Shown here one piece after another: positions 19,017-28,754 of a stretch of DNA of 64,000 nt (within the stretch, counting starts at the first letter, position 1; the number at the start of each line of letters is the position of its first letter). A program made the position numbers and the translations under genes. Source of the stretch: a virus; IMG/VR virus record IMGVR_UViG_3300043449_002450, positions 112,182 to 176,181 of that record. One strand, written 5' to 3'. The notes below the pieces were generated by a model that was not told the DNA's origin, searched no databases, and worked only from the letters and a program-made list of their open reading frames with translations.

Positions 19017-19921
19017 TTCAATTCGATCTTCGTAGCGTGACAATCGAGGGGCCAGACTGCTCAGGCAAGTCAACCCTCTATTATGGGATTCATAAGCTCA
19101 CAAACTTCAAGTGGAACATCCAGGATAGAAGCACATTGTCCATGCTCTGCTACGCGAAGATGTATGGGCGCGATGTGTCTGTCTGGCGCAGGCTTCTTGA
19201 TGAGGAACTGAAAGTCATCAATAATGCTGTCATTGTCCTCTTGCCAGAGCCTGATGATCTTGTCCAGCGGTTGCGCACTCGAGGTGATGACTTCCAGGAC
19301 GAGGAATCTATCGTTCGCCTCCTGCAGATATTTGAAGAGGAGACGGATAAGATCAAAGGTTATCCTAACGTCAAGGTCATAAGGGCCTTGCCAGATCCTG
19401 CTAAGGTTGTTAGCTGGTTGCAATCGCGCGAGCACCTCACATATTCTGATATCGCTCGTGACATCGAAGCTCATGCTGATGGGACAATCAAGCAGGAAAC
19501 GACACTACTCAGAGCTTTCTGGCTTGACTCACACTTCGAGACGTTGGATGAGGCAGCTCTTCACTATGAGCATGAGATCGAGTATTACAATGAGACCAGA
19601 GCCAAGCTGATTAGGAAGATCAATGATGAGCTTGTAGGTAATAATGAATATAAGCGCCCACAGGATCTAAAGTCCCGTCGCTTTATACTGACGCAGGACA
19701 CATGCATATCTTATGTCCATTTTTTGGTTAGAGATGACTTTGTAATATGCAGCTCGACTGTGAGGTCATCTGAGTGCAGTCAGACGTTCCACAGAGATAT
19801 TCATTTTATCGCCGATCTTGCACGCGTGTTCAAGAACATGCTCAACCTCAGCCCTAAGATGCCTGTCTCATTTTCTTTGACCATGGACTCGGCACATATT
19901 ATCCGCAGCGCTGTAAGATAG
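19013..19921 (+). CDS. Fusion: dNMP (thymidylate) kinase-like plus compact thymidylate-synthase/dCMP-hydroxymethylase-like domain
   Basis: IEGPDCSGKST and DRS (TMK); C-terminal SRR..TCISYVHF.VR..VRSSE....RDIHF parallels TS SRR..PC..QF..QRSxD..N. Confidence 0.7.
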   Translation: MIQFDLRSVTIEGPDCSGKSTLYYGIHKLTNFKWNIQDRSTLSMLCYAKMYGRDVSVWRRLLDEELKVINNAVIVLLPEPDDLVQRLRTRGDDFQDEESIVRLLQIFEEETDKIKGYPNVKVIRALPDPAKVVSWLQSREHLTYSDIARDIEAHADGTIKQETTLLRAFWLDSHFETLDEAALHYEHEIEYYNETRAKLIRKINDELVGNNEYKRPQDLKSRRFILTQDTCISYVHFLVRDDFVICSSTVRSSECSQTFHRDIHFIADLARVFKNMLNLSPKMPVSFSLTMDSAHIIRSAVR

Positions 19922-19936
19922 CGCTTTGGAGGGAGT

Positions 19937-20923
19937 ATGTCTAGAGTTTTAGTAACAGGTGGTGCAGGATTCATAGGCTCACACCTGGTTGATGGCCTCG
20001 TGAGTCAAGGGTATAAGGTTGACGTCGTCGATGATCTCAGATCTGGTGATCTTGGCAATCTATCCAACCACACCTATAGAACAGTGCCAGGAATGCTGAT
20101 AGACCAGCTTGATATTAATTTGAAGCTAGACACTCCCATTCGTGTCATCATGGATGATTTTGCTTCTAATGCTGTGCTGAATAGAATTGCGTCAGGAAAG
20201 TATGATGTAATATTTCATCTTGCTGCAGAACCAAGCGTGCCGTTCTCAGTAGAGTGGCCCGCACTTACAACTGATGAGAACTTTTCTAAATATGTTAAAT
20301 TGCTTACGGCCGCTCGTGGTAATACTAGCAGAGTAGTTTTTGCATCGTCAGCTGCTGTCTATGGTGATATAAAGCAGCTTCCCATACATGAAGATCTTCC
20401 TACCAAGCCTGTGAGTCCTTATGGACTACAGAAAAAGATGGGTGAGGAGATGGGTGAGATGTTTAGCGATCTTTATAAACTTGATGTTGTCTCGTTAAGG
20501 TTTTTTAACGTCTTTGGTCCACGACAAAAAGGAGCAGGTGCTTATGCAAATGCCATATCATCTTGGTGCTGCGCTGCGTTTGAGAATAGACCACTAAGAT
20601 CAGATGGCACAGGTGACCAGACACGTGATCTTTGCTACGTCGGTGAGATAGTGAATGCTTGCATAGCAGCTGGGAGATATACAGGAAAGTTTGCAGGTGA
20701 AAAGATCAATGTTTGCACAGGCACACAGAGAAGCAACAACTCTATCCTTAAGTTCTTTCTTGACCGACATGATAGTTTAAAGATTACAAGCTCACCCAAG
20801 CGCCCAGGCGACGTCGATCATATTCTAGGATCAGATATCAAGATGCGAAAATACTTAGGAGATTGTGCTACACTAAGCTTTGACGAAGCACTCGATATAA
20901 CTTTAAAGAGTTGGGGTCTGTAA
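19937..20923 (+). CDS. NAD-dependent sugar-nucleotide epimerase/dehydratase (extended SDR) 2
   Basis: VTGGAGFIG, FHLAA, SSAAVYG, YGLQK, RFFNVFGP, G.Q.RD, RPGD. Confidence 0.92.
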   Translation: MSRVLVTGGAGFIGSHLVDGLVSQGYKVDVVDDLRSGDLGNLSNHTYRTVPGMLIDQLDINLKLDTPIRVIMDDFASNAVLNRIASGKYDVIFHLAAEPSVPFSVEWPALTTDENFSKYVKLLTAARGNTSRVVFASSAAVYGDIKQLPIHEDLPTKPVSPYGLQKKMGEEMGEMFSDLYKLDVVSLRFFNVFGPRQKGAGAYANAISSWCCAAFENRPLRSDGTGDQTRDLCYVGEIVNACIAAGRYTGKFAGEKINVCTGTQRSNNSILKFFLDRHDSLKITSSPKRPGDVDHILGSDIKMRKYLGDCATLSFDEALDITLKSWGL

Positions 20924-21474
20924 TGAGTTCACCAAGATTTGTTATTTATTGCGGTCCAATGATGAGCTCTAAGACGACTCGTCTCATTGCTGCAATCGAG
21001 AGATATCGTTTTAAGAACAAGAAGGTATTCTCCTTCAAGCCCAAGCTTGACAGTCGATATACGCCTGACGAGATCTGCACACATAGCGGCAGCAAGATTA
21101 ACGCAAGAGTTATCACAAGCGGAAGCGACATCACAAAATGTGTCATGTTTGATGAGCCTGATGTCATTGCTGTCGATGAAGCATTCATGATTGATGGCGT
21201 CGCTGAGGCACTAATAGATGCTTACAGGCGTGGTGTTACCGTGCTGGTGTCTACGATTGAGCTGTCCTCATCTTGCAATGTCTTTGCTGAAGTGGAGAAG
21301 ATGCTACCCTGGGCGACAGAGATTGAGAAGTGCACTGCAGTTTGCGTCGTATGCGGAGAAGATGCACAATACACCCATCGGAAGGTTGATAATCTGGGAG
21401 AGATCGCCGTCGGAGGCGCAGAGTTATATGAACCGAGATGCTGGTTGCATCATGCAACGGCACGCCTCCAGTAG
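20923..21474 (+). CDS. tdk: Thymidine kinase (type II)
   Basis: GPMMSSKT P-loop, DSRY, VDEA, CVVC, GG..YEPRC..H. Confidence 0.88.
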   Translation: MSSPRFVIYCGPMMSSKTTRLIAAIERYRFKNKKVFSFKPKLDSRYTPDEICTHSGSKINARVITSGSDITKCVMFDEPDVIAVDEAFMIDGVAEALIDAYRRGVTVLVSTIELSSSCNVFAEVEKMLPWATEIEKCTAVCVVCGEDAQYTHRKVDNLGEIAVGGAELYEPRCWLHHATARLQ

Positions 21475-21480
21475 TATAAT
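21453..21480 (+). promoter_or_regulatory. Promoter TGCAA-N17-TATAAT
   Basis: TGCAA 21453-21457, TATAAT 21475-21480. Confidence 0.55.
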
Positions 21481-21495
21481 TGAGCTAGGGCAGTC

Positions 21496-22329
21496 ATGAT
21501 CGATCCAAACAGCGTCAATCTGGTTATCTACCACGCATCTTGCACTGATGGATTTGGTGCTGCTTATGCAGCATGGAAGCTCCTTGGTGACAGAGCTGAG
21601 TATCACGCAGCGAAATACGGCGAATCGCCACCTGACGTCAAGGGCAAAAATGTAGTTGTCCTTGACTTCTCTTATGATAATTCGACAACAAAGAAGCTTA
21701 TGAAGGAAGCCAAAAGCTTCTTTATCCTTGATCATCACAAGTCAGCAATGGTCGAGCTTCACGACATTACTTGCACACATTTTGATATGAACCACAGCGG
21801 TGCAATGCTATCATGGAAGTTCTTCCATCCGGGCAAGGAAGCGCCTCGCATGATTAAGTTCATCGAGGACCGCGACCTCTGGAAGTGGGACATTCCATAT
21901 TCGAAGGAGTTCTCTGCTGCCTTTGACATGGTGCCTTATGACTTTGAAGAGTTTGACAAATATCTTGATGACTCTGCAGTCGATGATGCTCAGGAGCGAG
22001 GTGCTTACATCCTTGCTTATTCCAAGACGGTCATCTCCAAGATCGCGAAGCACGCTGCACCACGCAGATTAGCCGGTAAAGACGTCCTGGTCGTCAATTC
22101 ACCACACTGGATGTCAGAGATTGGCAACGCGCTCTCCCCTAAGTGTGACTTCGCCGTGATCTGGTTCTATGACCATGATACACGCCAAGTGAAGGTGAGT
22201 CTCAGAGCACATCATGACGACTCCGACGTGAGTGAGGTCGCGAAGAAGTTCGGCGGTGGGGGACACCGGAAGGCAGCAGGTTTTAGTCTACCAACAAACG
22301 TCAGTATCGAAACAATCTTTGACAAGTGA
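21496..22329 (+). CDS. DHH/DHHA1 phosphoesterase
   Basis: YHASCTDG, LDF, LDHH, DRDLW, SLR, GGGGH..AAGF. Confidence 0.9.
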   Translation: MIDPNSVNLVIYHASCTDGFGAAYAAWKLLGDRAEYHAAKYGESPPDVKGKNVVVLDFSYDNSTTKKLMKEAKSFFILDHHKSAMVELHDITCTHFDMNHSGAMLSWKFFHPGKEAPRMIKFIEDRDLWKWDIPYSKEFSAAFDMVPYDFEEFDKYLDDSAVDDAQERGAYILAYSKTVISKIAKHAAPRRLAGKDVLVVNSPHWMSEIGNALSPKCDFAVIWFYDHDTRQVKVSLRAHHDDSDVSEVAKKFGGGGHRKAAGFSLPTNVSIETIFDK

Positions 22330-22796
22330 TGCTAATGACTAATATGATTGACAGGCCAACGTGGGACAGCGTGTGGATGGATGTTGCTAAGACAATCGCA
22401 CAACGCTCGCCTGATCCTAACCACAAAGTTGCTGCTATTGTTGTAACAGATGACAACACACAGCTCCTGTCGTTGGGTTACAACGGCGATCATGCAGGCG
22501 GCACAAATATTAGAGAATCTGATGAGCCAGGTGAATCTGGATTCATCCATGCTGAGGTAAATGCGCTGATAAAACTTGACTATAACAACCCTAAACGTAA
22601 GGTAATGTATGTTACTCTGAGCCCATGCAAGATGTGTGCGAAGTCGATCGTGAACGCAGGCATATCAGAGGTCGTGTTTTCTGAGATTTACCGCGATTCA
22701 ATTGGCATCAAGATACTGGAATCAGCAGGTATCCACGTTAGGAAGATAAATAGCTTTAGAGCGGGTTTGACGCATGACAAGACTCACAGCGGCTGA
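22326..22796 (+). CDS. dCMP deaminase
   Basis: RPTWD, RS.D, GYNG, HAEVNA, SPCKMC. Confidence 0.92.
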   Translation: MMLMTNMIDRPTWDSVWMDVAKTIAQRSPDPNHKVAAIVVTDDNTQLLSLGYNGDHAGGTNIRESDEPGESGFIHAEVNALIKLDYNNPKRKVMYVTLSPCKMCAKSIVNAGISEVVFSEIYRDSIGIKILESAGIHVRKINSFRAGLTHDKTHSG

Positions 22797-23037
22797 TATT
22801 GAGAAAATGCTGAACCAGAAGATTCAAGAGAATTTAAAGGTGACGGCGGGCAAAGGCAAGAAGCAGAAAATACTGATTCAGAACGGATTCAAGATTATGC
22901 ATCTTGAGTCGGGGTTGATCTATACAGTCAATAAAGTGACAATTGATGGCAAAAAACCCGTTATACACGCAGTAAGTGGCGACGGTAATGACATCGTGAT
23001 CACATCAAAAGATTTTAAGAATTACAAGGGGACATGA
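22774..23037 (+). CDS. Hypothetical protein
   Basis: ATAAATA at 22746; IEKMLNQKIQE tag-like N-terminus. Confidence 0.6.
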   Translation: MTRLTAADIEKMLNQKIQENLKVTAGKGKKQKILIQNGFKIMHLESGLIYTVNKVTIDGKKPVIHAVSGDGNDIVITSKDFKNYKGT

Positions 23038-23732
23038 TGATTAGGAACTCCGACATATCAAGGATAATCAACGAGTCTCTTAAGACTGATACCGACAAGC
23101 GACTTAATGAGTCGCTTGTCGCTCAAGAGAAGCAATTTAATTTAGCCACTGAGTTCCAGAGCGGTGCCACGAAGAAGGCCCACGAAGGACTTTACCAGAA
23201 GTATTTAGAGACATTTAATAGAATCAGCGCAGAGCTAGATACAGCTGATAGATCAGCAGCAAGTTCTAATGGTTCTGTTTATAGATCACTGAAGGAAGAT
23301 GAGACCTACAACATGAACGCCGTGTATCTGCACGAGCTTTATTTTGCGAACATCAGTGATCTAGCCAGTAATATAGGCATGGACTCATTGACGTTCATGC
23401 GCTTTTCTAGAGACTTTGGAGATTTTGACAAGTGGCAGAATGACTTTATTGCTTGCTGTCTGTCTTCTCGATGCGGTTGGGCTATCACCTATTACAACAT
23501 TTACACGCAGACATACATGAACACTTTCATGGATCTTCACAGCTTGCAGGTTCCTGTTGGTTGCATACCTGTCCTTGTCATGGATGTTTGGCAACATGCA
23601 TACTACAAGGATTATCTTTCTGATGTCAAGACATACACATATGCTATGATGAAAGAAATTAACTGGAGCACCGTGGAGGAGCGCGTCAAGCGTGCTGAGA
23701 AGATAGCTGTGGTTATCAAGGGAGGTATGTGA
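23034..23732 (+). CDS. Fe/Mn superoxide dismutase-like protein with an N-terminal extension
   Basis: H...Y..Y, N..LHELYF, GWA, P.LVMDVWQHAYY. Confidence 0.82.
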   Translation: MMIRNSDISRIINESLKTDTDKRLNESLVAQEKQFNLATEFQSGATKKAHEGLYQKYLETFNRISAELDTADRSAASSNGSVYRSLKEDETYNMNAVYLHELYFANISDLASNIGMDSLTFMRFSRDFGDFDKWQNDFIACCLSSRCGWAITYYNIYTQTYMNTFMDLHSLQVPVGCIPVLVMDVWQHAYYKDYLSDVKTYTYAMMKEINWSTVEERVKRAEKIAVVIKGGM

Positions 23733-24283
23733 TGCGTAGGTTGCTTAACGAGGACGAAAACGACTCACCTGTTGCAGGCATGATGAAGAATGTTGAGGCT
23801 CCTCCCGATTCTGTTGACGACATCATCGATTCTCTCATTATAAGATATGAGAATGAGTCAGTCAAGGATGAAGAGGATGAGTCTGAGCAGATGTTCGAGT
23901 CTTTACGCAGAAAGTCACTTCGGTTTCTCTTTGAACAAGAGGGAGACGCAGCGGGTGCAGAGCCAAATGCCGAGCCACCCGAGGGGAGCGAAACACCGAA
24001 AGAGGATGTCCCGGCTGCTGAGACTGCAAAACCACCACTAGACATTGATCTTTTTACCAAGAAGATCGCTAGACTTGTGTTAAACGGGAGAAACATGATA
24101 CCGCTAGAGGAGGTTATTATCTCACGTGCGCAGTCATTCTTGAGCAAGAATTACGGCAAGGATTACGTTGATCAAATGCAGGATATCCTTGATCAGCAGT
24201 TTGACTTTGATCTGACGGGTGAAGAAGACGTCATCGACGTTCCCATAGCAGCAGGTGCAGCAGGCAAGTCATCTGGCGCTTAG
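23729..24283 (+). CDS. Acidic hypothetical protein
   Basis: RRLLNE N-terminus; coupled GTGA overlap. Confidence 0.65.
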   Translation: MMRRLLNEDENDSPVAGMMKNVEAPPDSVDDIIDSLIIRYENESVKDEEDESEQMFESLRRKSLRFLFEQEGDAAGAEPNAEPPEGSETPKEDVPAAETAKPPLDIDLFTKKIARLVLNGRNMIPLEEVIISRAQSFLSKNYGKDYVDQMQDILDQQFDFDLTGEEDVIDVPIAAGAAGKSSGA

Positions 24284-24289
24284 CCAAAA

Positions 24290-24598
24290 ATGAAAAGAAC
24301 AAAAAAAGAGCAAAAACTAATAGACCTGACGACAAGAAAGTCAATACACGTCAGCATGACGTCAGGGACACATTCACAGTTTAGAATAGCGTGTTTCAAG
24401 CATAAAGTTAGCATGCAAGAGGCAATCGAAGAGTTTGCCTCTCTTATCGCAAATGATAACCCAGATATGATTTCTGTCCTTGAAGAAATTGCGATGAGAA
24501 AACTTAATAAAGAACTGCGAAAGTTTGATAACAGCGACACAGATAGCATCTATGATATTTTAGAGCTTGAAAACCCACTTAAGGACAAAGGGCTGTGA
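24290..24598 (+). CDS. Putative ribbon-helix-helix DNA-binding protein
   Basis: KSIHVSM strand followed by two helices (H..FRIAC..KVSMQEAIEEF). Confidence 0.5.
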   Translation: MKRTKKEQKLIDLTTRKSIHVSMTSGTHSQFRIACFKHKVSMQEAIEEFASLIANDNPDMISVLEEIAMRKLNKELRKFDNSDTDSIYDILELENPLKDKGL

Positions 24599-24864
24599 TG
24601 AAACTAATTGGCAGTTACTTAAATAACCTCTTAGAGCTTGATGAGATCAAACAGAACAACGAGCTCATGGCTGAGAGAGTCTCTGCTTTAGAAAAGAAAG
24701 TAGCTGATCTGGAAAAAATAAACGAAGATCTATCACGCTCCGTTGCAGCTATAGCAATAATTCAAGCTAATTTATTAAAAGAACTTCAAAACTTGTTCAG
24801 TAGCGCGAAGAAAACAACGCCTCGCATTTTTGCTCAACGTAAAACGGATGATTATACTAATTGA
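24595..24864 (+). CDS. Coiled-coil hypothetical protein
   Basis: Heptad repeat pattern. Confidence 0.6.
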   Translation: MMKLIGSYLNNLLELDEIKQNNELMAERVSALEKKVADLEKINEDLSRSVAAIAIIQANLLKELQNLFSSAKKTTPRIFAQRKTDDYTN

Positions 24865-24900
24865 TACTTAGAACGATAGTTAGCTTAGAAGGACGACGAC

Positions 24901-27003
24901 ATGAATGTCATTGTGAAGAAGCACGCACTGCAACAGCTTATAAGCACTCTTGCCGAAGAGAGAAGCTTTCACTCAAGACGCTATGACCAGATCGCAGGAG
25001 ACGACAAGCCGGTCCTGCCTGATGCTCAAATGGCGTCACAGTTAAGCACAGAACAGGTTCCAGTCGCAGATCCTGACTTCTTGCCAGTCAACAAACAACA
25101 GCTCAAGAAAGCAGCTACACAGATCGCTGACAATGTGCCACCCGAGAAGATACAGAAATACTATAGCGGTCTCAAGAAGCTCTTAAGAAAGACAGCAGAG
25201 AATGATACACCCGTCTTAGCTGAGAACGATCTTGTAGAGTTGCTTCGTAAATCATTGGCAGAGGCTCGTGGTGAAGGACGCGGTCTTGAAAAATCAGATC
25301 AGGAGCTTGCATCACAGCTGGCAGCAGCATCAGCAGCTTCTGCACTACAAACAAACATTGATCTTGCAACTCAATCAGCAGAGCAGTCAGGACCTGAGGC
25401 GATTGGGGATTTAAAGAGCACTCTTGTTGGCACCATAAATCGGCTGGTCGATGAATATGAGAAGAAGAAGAATGACGGCGAGCATTTTCCCGACGAGAGC
25501 GGATATGCAGAACTCGTTGCAGATCTTGCCAAGCCAGAATCTTACACAGTCAACAAGAGCAGTAACGAATTGACAATCAGAGCAGGCGGCGCGTCCTTCA
25601 AGGACCGTTTTAATTTGGCTTCGCTTAATCCTAACATCACGCCAAAAGTGATTGCAAGAGCTGCGAAAGAGGTAGCTAACGAGACCATTGGTGACATTGT
25701 TGGGAGCCGCGCTACTAGCAGGTTCCTTGGCGATCCTAACGCGCCTTTCAATCGCCCACGGCAGCGTTACGGCGAGCTTGGCATGATCGCGAAGGACGTC
25801 GCGCGCGGTGCTTTCGCACAGCTCGGTGACGCGTTACCCGATAAGAGCGCGCTTTCTGAGGACCAGATTGATGACTTCATCCGTGTCTTCACAGATTTCG
25901 TAACAACGCAGCTTGGCGACGGCAATAAGCAGTTCACCTATAACGTCCAAGAAGATCCAAACAGCGTGAACGTCGAGCCAATATCTGTCACTATAACACT
26001 CGATGTCCCAGACTCATCATCACTTCCCGCCACAGTTCGCCAGTTTACTAAGACATCACAGTCACTGTCAGGTGTCAAAGCTAGCGACCCTGCCCAGACA
26101 ATGGATAAGCTTAAGGCTATGATCGTGTCTGAGATCGAAGCGGTGCGTGCTGATATTCTTGCAAAAGCAGATGAGACGCTTGCCAAGCGCAAGGTCAAGT
26201 CATTCAAGCCCTCTGGTGAAGGCAGAAACTTTGCCAGCGACATTCTGCGCAGGTTTGGTGGAACGCGTCGTGACGCCCCGGCAGAGCGAGTGAGAGCCGC
26301 AGCTCAAGAGCTAGGAAAGGAGCTTGGCACCGATCCTATGAATACGCTGACAAGCTTGGACGTTCTTGATCCTCGCGCGCTTGATCTACGTGAAAACCTA
26401 CTTGGCCAGTTCACGCCTACCTTGTCTGACATTGTTGATGAAGCTTCCAAGATGTTTGAAGATTCTCAATTTGTCTTTGAAGCTACCATGGCAGACATTG
26501 ATGACTCAATACAAACCAAGGGTGGCGACGTCTGGGATATTGTTTACGATCTCTTCAAGGACACCCTTAAGGAATTTGGTGAGAAGCCTGAGAAAGGCTT
26601 GCCGCCCGTGGACTTCTTTAAGACATACCAGCGAATCATCTCTAACCCGAAGTTTAGGGAATACGTTGTCGCCCGCGGCGGCGGCACAGCCCGATCAGAC
26701 ATGTTCGAGAGGTCAGGAAAATACTTCTTTGACTCCGACACAACGTTCGTGGGCAATCTAATGTTGATTAGGAAGTATCTTCTTGCAACAGGCCGCGGCA
26801 AGGACGCTGCTGAACTCATCTACGATGAGGATAGCAATGAATATCCAGTTGTTACTGCATTCGGTGAATTCGTCGGTAGTAACATAGTTTCAGGAGAGAA
26901 GGATTACGATGACATGGTCAAGAAAATCGTGAAGCTCATCGAGTCTAAGCATCCTGAGTTTGTCCGTGCTGCCAAGCCAAAGAAGGAAAAGAAGGAGAAG
27001 TAA
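24901..27003 (+). CDS. Large hypothetical protein (probable late/virion)
   Basis: ATACTTA 24864 and ATAGTTA 24876 upstream; LQQLISTLAEE tag-like N-terminus. Confidence 0.75.
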   Translation: MNVIVKKHALQQLISTLAEERSFHSRRYDQIAGDDKPVLPDAQMASQLSTEQVPVADPDFLPVNKQQLKKAATQIADNVPPEKIQKYYSGLKKLLRKTAENDTPVLAENDLVELLRKSLAEARGEGRGLEKSDQELASQLAAASAASALQTNIDLATQSAEQSGPEAIGDLKSTLVGTINRLVDEYEKKKNDGEHFPDESGYAELVADLAKPESYTVNKSSNELTIRAGGASFKDRFNLASLNPNITPKVIARAAKEVANETIGDIVGSRATSRFLGDPNAPFNRPRQRYGELGMIAKDVARGAFAQLGDALPDKSALSEDQIDDFIRVFTDFVTTQLGDGNKQFTYNVQEDPNSVNVEPISVTITLDVPDSSSLPATVRQFTKTSQSLSGVKASDPAQTMDKLKAMIVSEIEAVRADILAKADETLAKRKVKSFKPSGEGRNFASDILRRFGGTRRDAPAERVRAAAQELGKELGTDPMNTLTSLDVLDPRALDLRENLLGQFTPTLSDIVDEASKMFEDSQFVFEATMADIDDSIQTKGGDVWDIVYDLFKDTLKEFGEKPEKGLPPVDFFKTYQRIISNPKFREYVVARGGGTARSDMFERSGKYFFDSDTTFVGNLMLIRKYLLATGRGKDAAELIYDEDSNEYPVVTAFGEFVGSNIVSGEKDYDDMVKKIVKLIESKHPEFVRAAKPKKEKKEK

Positions 27004-27006
27004 GAA

Positions 27007-27354
27007 GTGTCTCTCTACTTTCTAGACAAGACTATGAGGAGGCCCAACGGTTCTCTAAATGAGAATTTTGATCTTCCCATAAGAGTAAAGAAAGAATCTT
27101 GGGAACACCTCACAAATCCACGTCGAATCGGTAAAAACTATGCATTCGACAACGCACAACAAATTAGATACTTCATAAGCTCAATTTTTGAGCAGCTTGA
27201 CATCGATAGACATCCTGTCAAGATCACAATTGATGATCATGATGTTAGCGTTGAACTTTACACAAAGATCATAGATGATGTTACCGAAGTGGACCTTGAA
27301 ATGGCACGTGCACTTGACGAGATCTACGAAGAATCTTCTCTTATAGTGAGTTAA
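27007..27354 (+). CDS. Pterin-4-alpha-carbinolamine dehydratase-like protein (degenerate)
   Basis: W..I.K.Y.F..F..HP..I..V.V.L.T..VTE.D..MA..LD pattern; His triad incomplete. Confidence 0.55.
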   Translation: MSLYFLDKTMRRPNGSLNENFDLPIRVKKESWEHLTNPRRIGKNYAFDNAQQIRYFISSIFEQLDIDRHPVKITIDDHDVSVELYTKIIDDVTEVDLEMARALDEIYEESSLIVS

Positions 27355-27355
27355 A

Positions 27356-27670
27356 ATGAGCCTCTTGATTAGTGATTCGCTTGTTGGTCTTGTAGATGAA
27401 GAAACGCTTATGGGAGGATTTGACTTCTTGGGCGAGGTCACCATAGATGGGAGCAAGTATAGAATAGACGCATTTGTAGCGGACCAGAAGACCATACGGT
27501 TCTACGCGGTCGCGCCGCACGAGATTGCATTGAAATTGTTAGACCTTAAAGCGGGCAATACAGTTAAAATGTCGTTAGGTGATGTCTTCGAAGCTGAGGG
27601 CAAAATTATACAAATCGGGTGGGATGACACACCTCGAGGCGGTCGTGTAATATTGTGCATGGCAAGGTAG
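27356..27670 (+). CDS. Hypothetical protein
   Basis: Operon-coupled ORF. Confidence 0.6.
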   Translation: MSLLISDSLVGLVDEETLMGGFDFLGEVTIDGSKYRIDAFVADQKTIRFYAVAPHEIALKLLDLKAGNTVKMSLGDVFEAEGKIIQIGWDDTPRGGRVILCMAR

Positions 27671-27693
27671 ATAGTTAGCAACAGAGGCACGCG

Positions 27694-27867
27694 ATGGAAA
27701 AGTTCACATTTGACAAATTTATTGACGATATCTGCAAGCGCGAGGAAGACACACGTAGACAGCTTGAAGAGCATGCTCAGGGTCAGGAAGAGCACCCACA
27801 GAGAATCTATAATCGGCTGTATCGTGAGCACCAGCAAAATAGAATCGTGTATAGGAGGCCAGAGTGA
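27694..27867 (+). CDS. Small hypothetical protein (57 aa, not in the ORF track)
   Basis: MEKFTFDKFIDDICKREE...; ATAGTTA 27671 upstream; GTGA overlap with the next gene. Confidence 0.6.
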   Translation: MEKFTFDKFIDDICKREEDTRRQLEEHAQGQEEHPQRIYNRLYREHQQNRIVYRRPE

Positions 27868-28538
27868 GCACGGTCAAGATTAAGACTGCAGCAGGCCTTG
27901 AGAAGTTCCTGCGCATTCTTGCTGAAGAGAGTGTGTCAATGGCGCAGGCAGAGCCACGCTCACAAGAGCCTGCACGCCAGCGTGACATCATCAAGAGGAT
28001 GAAGCAGGATAAGCTATCATTGAGCGAGGAAGATCCTGAGCGTGCAGCTCCCGAAGCACCTGCTGATAGCGAACCTCCACCGGCTCCCGATAAGCCAGCA
28101 GCTCAAACACCCAAAGATGTTGAGCCTAGTGAGATCAATCCCACTCTTGACGCAATCATAAGGGCAATCAAAGAGATACGCAGCGGATTTGGCGCTGATG
28201 ACAGCGCCATAGAGCAAGAGCTGAGCAATTACTTTGATAGGCTTGATGAGGCTGAAAAAGTGACAATGATTGTGTTGATGAGAAGTGTGGGTGACATAAT
28301 GCGCAGAGAAGCAACGGGAGCCACTGCACCTGAGCCCGCCCAATACAATGTTGTCATGTCTATGAAGTCAGCAGAAAAAGCGACACCCGCCCCTGCTGAG
28401 GCACCACAGACTGCTAGTGAGCCACCACAGGCAGCTGGGAGTGGTGAGGATACAACACCGCCCATCAAGGTCGGAGAACCCGTATCTGAAGCATATAGAC
28501 GCCGGATTAAGGATTTACTCAGCAGAAATAAGTCATAG
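27864..28538 (+). CDS. Pro/Ala-rich hypothetical protein
   Basis: LEKFLRILAEE tag-like N-terminus. Confidence 0.7.
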   Translation: MSTVKIKTAAGLEKFLRILAEESVSMAQAEPRSQEPARQRDIIKRMKQDKLSLSEEDPERAAPEAPADSEPPPAPDKPAAQTPKDVEPSEINPTLDAIIRAIKEIRSGFGADDSAIEQELSNYFDRLDEAEKVTMIVLMRSVGDIMRREATGATAPEPAQYNVVMSMKSAEKATPAPAEAPQTASEPPQAAGSGEDTTPPIKVGEPVSEAYRRRIKDLLSRNKS

Positions 28539-28547
28539 ATTCTCTTT

Positions 28548-28754
28548 ATGAGAAAGATCACTGTTCAAAAAGATGATATGACTTATGAGATAGATGTGTC
28601 ACCTGCTCTTATAGGGCAGGTTTCAAATCGTTTGATGTTGCCTGCAGATGCTATCTCAGATCAAGATATCGTTAAATTCGTTGTTGATGCTGCTACACAG
28701 GCGTTCGATCGCGCCGCTGTTGAATACTTAAGATCTGATGGCAAAGATACCTGA
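28548..28754 (+). CDS. Hypothetical protein
   Basis: ORF in operon. Confidence 0.55.
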   Translation: MRKITVQKDDMTYEIDVSPALIGQVSNRLMLPADAISDQDIVKFVVDAATQAFDRAAVEYLRSDGKDT

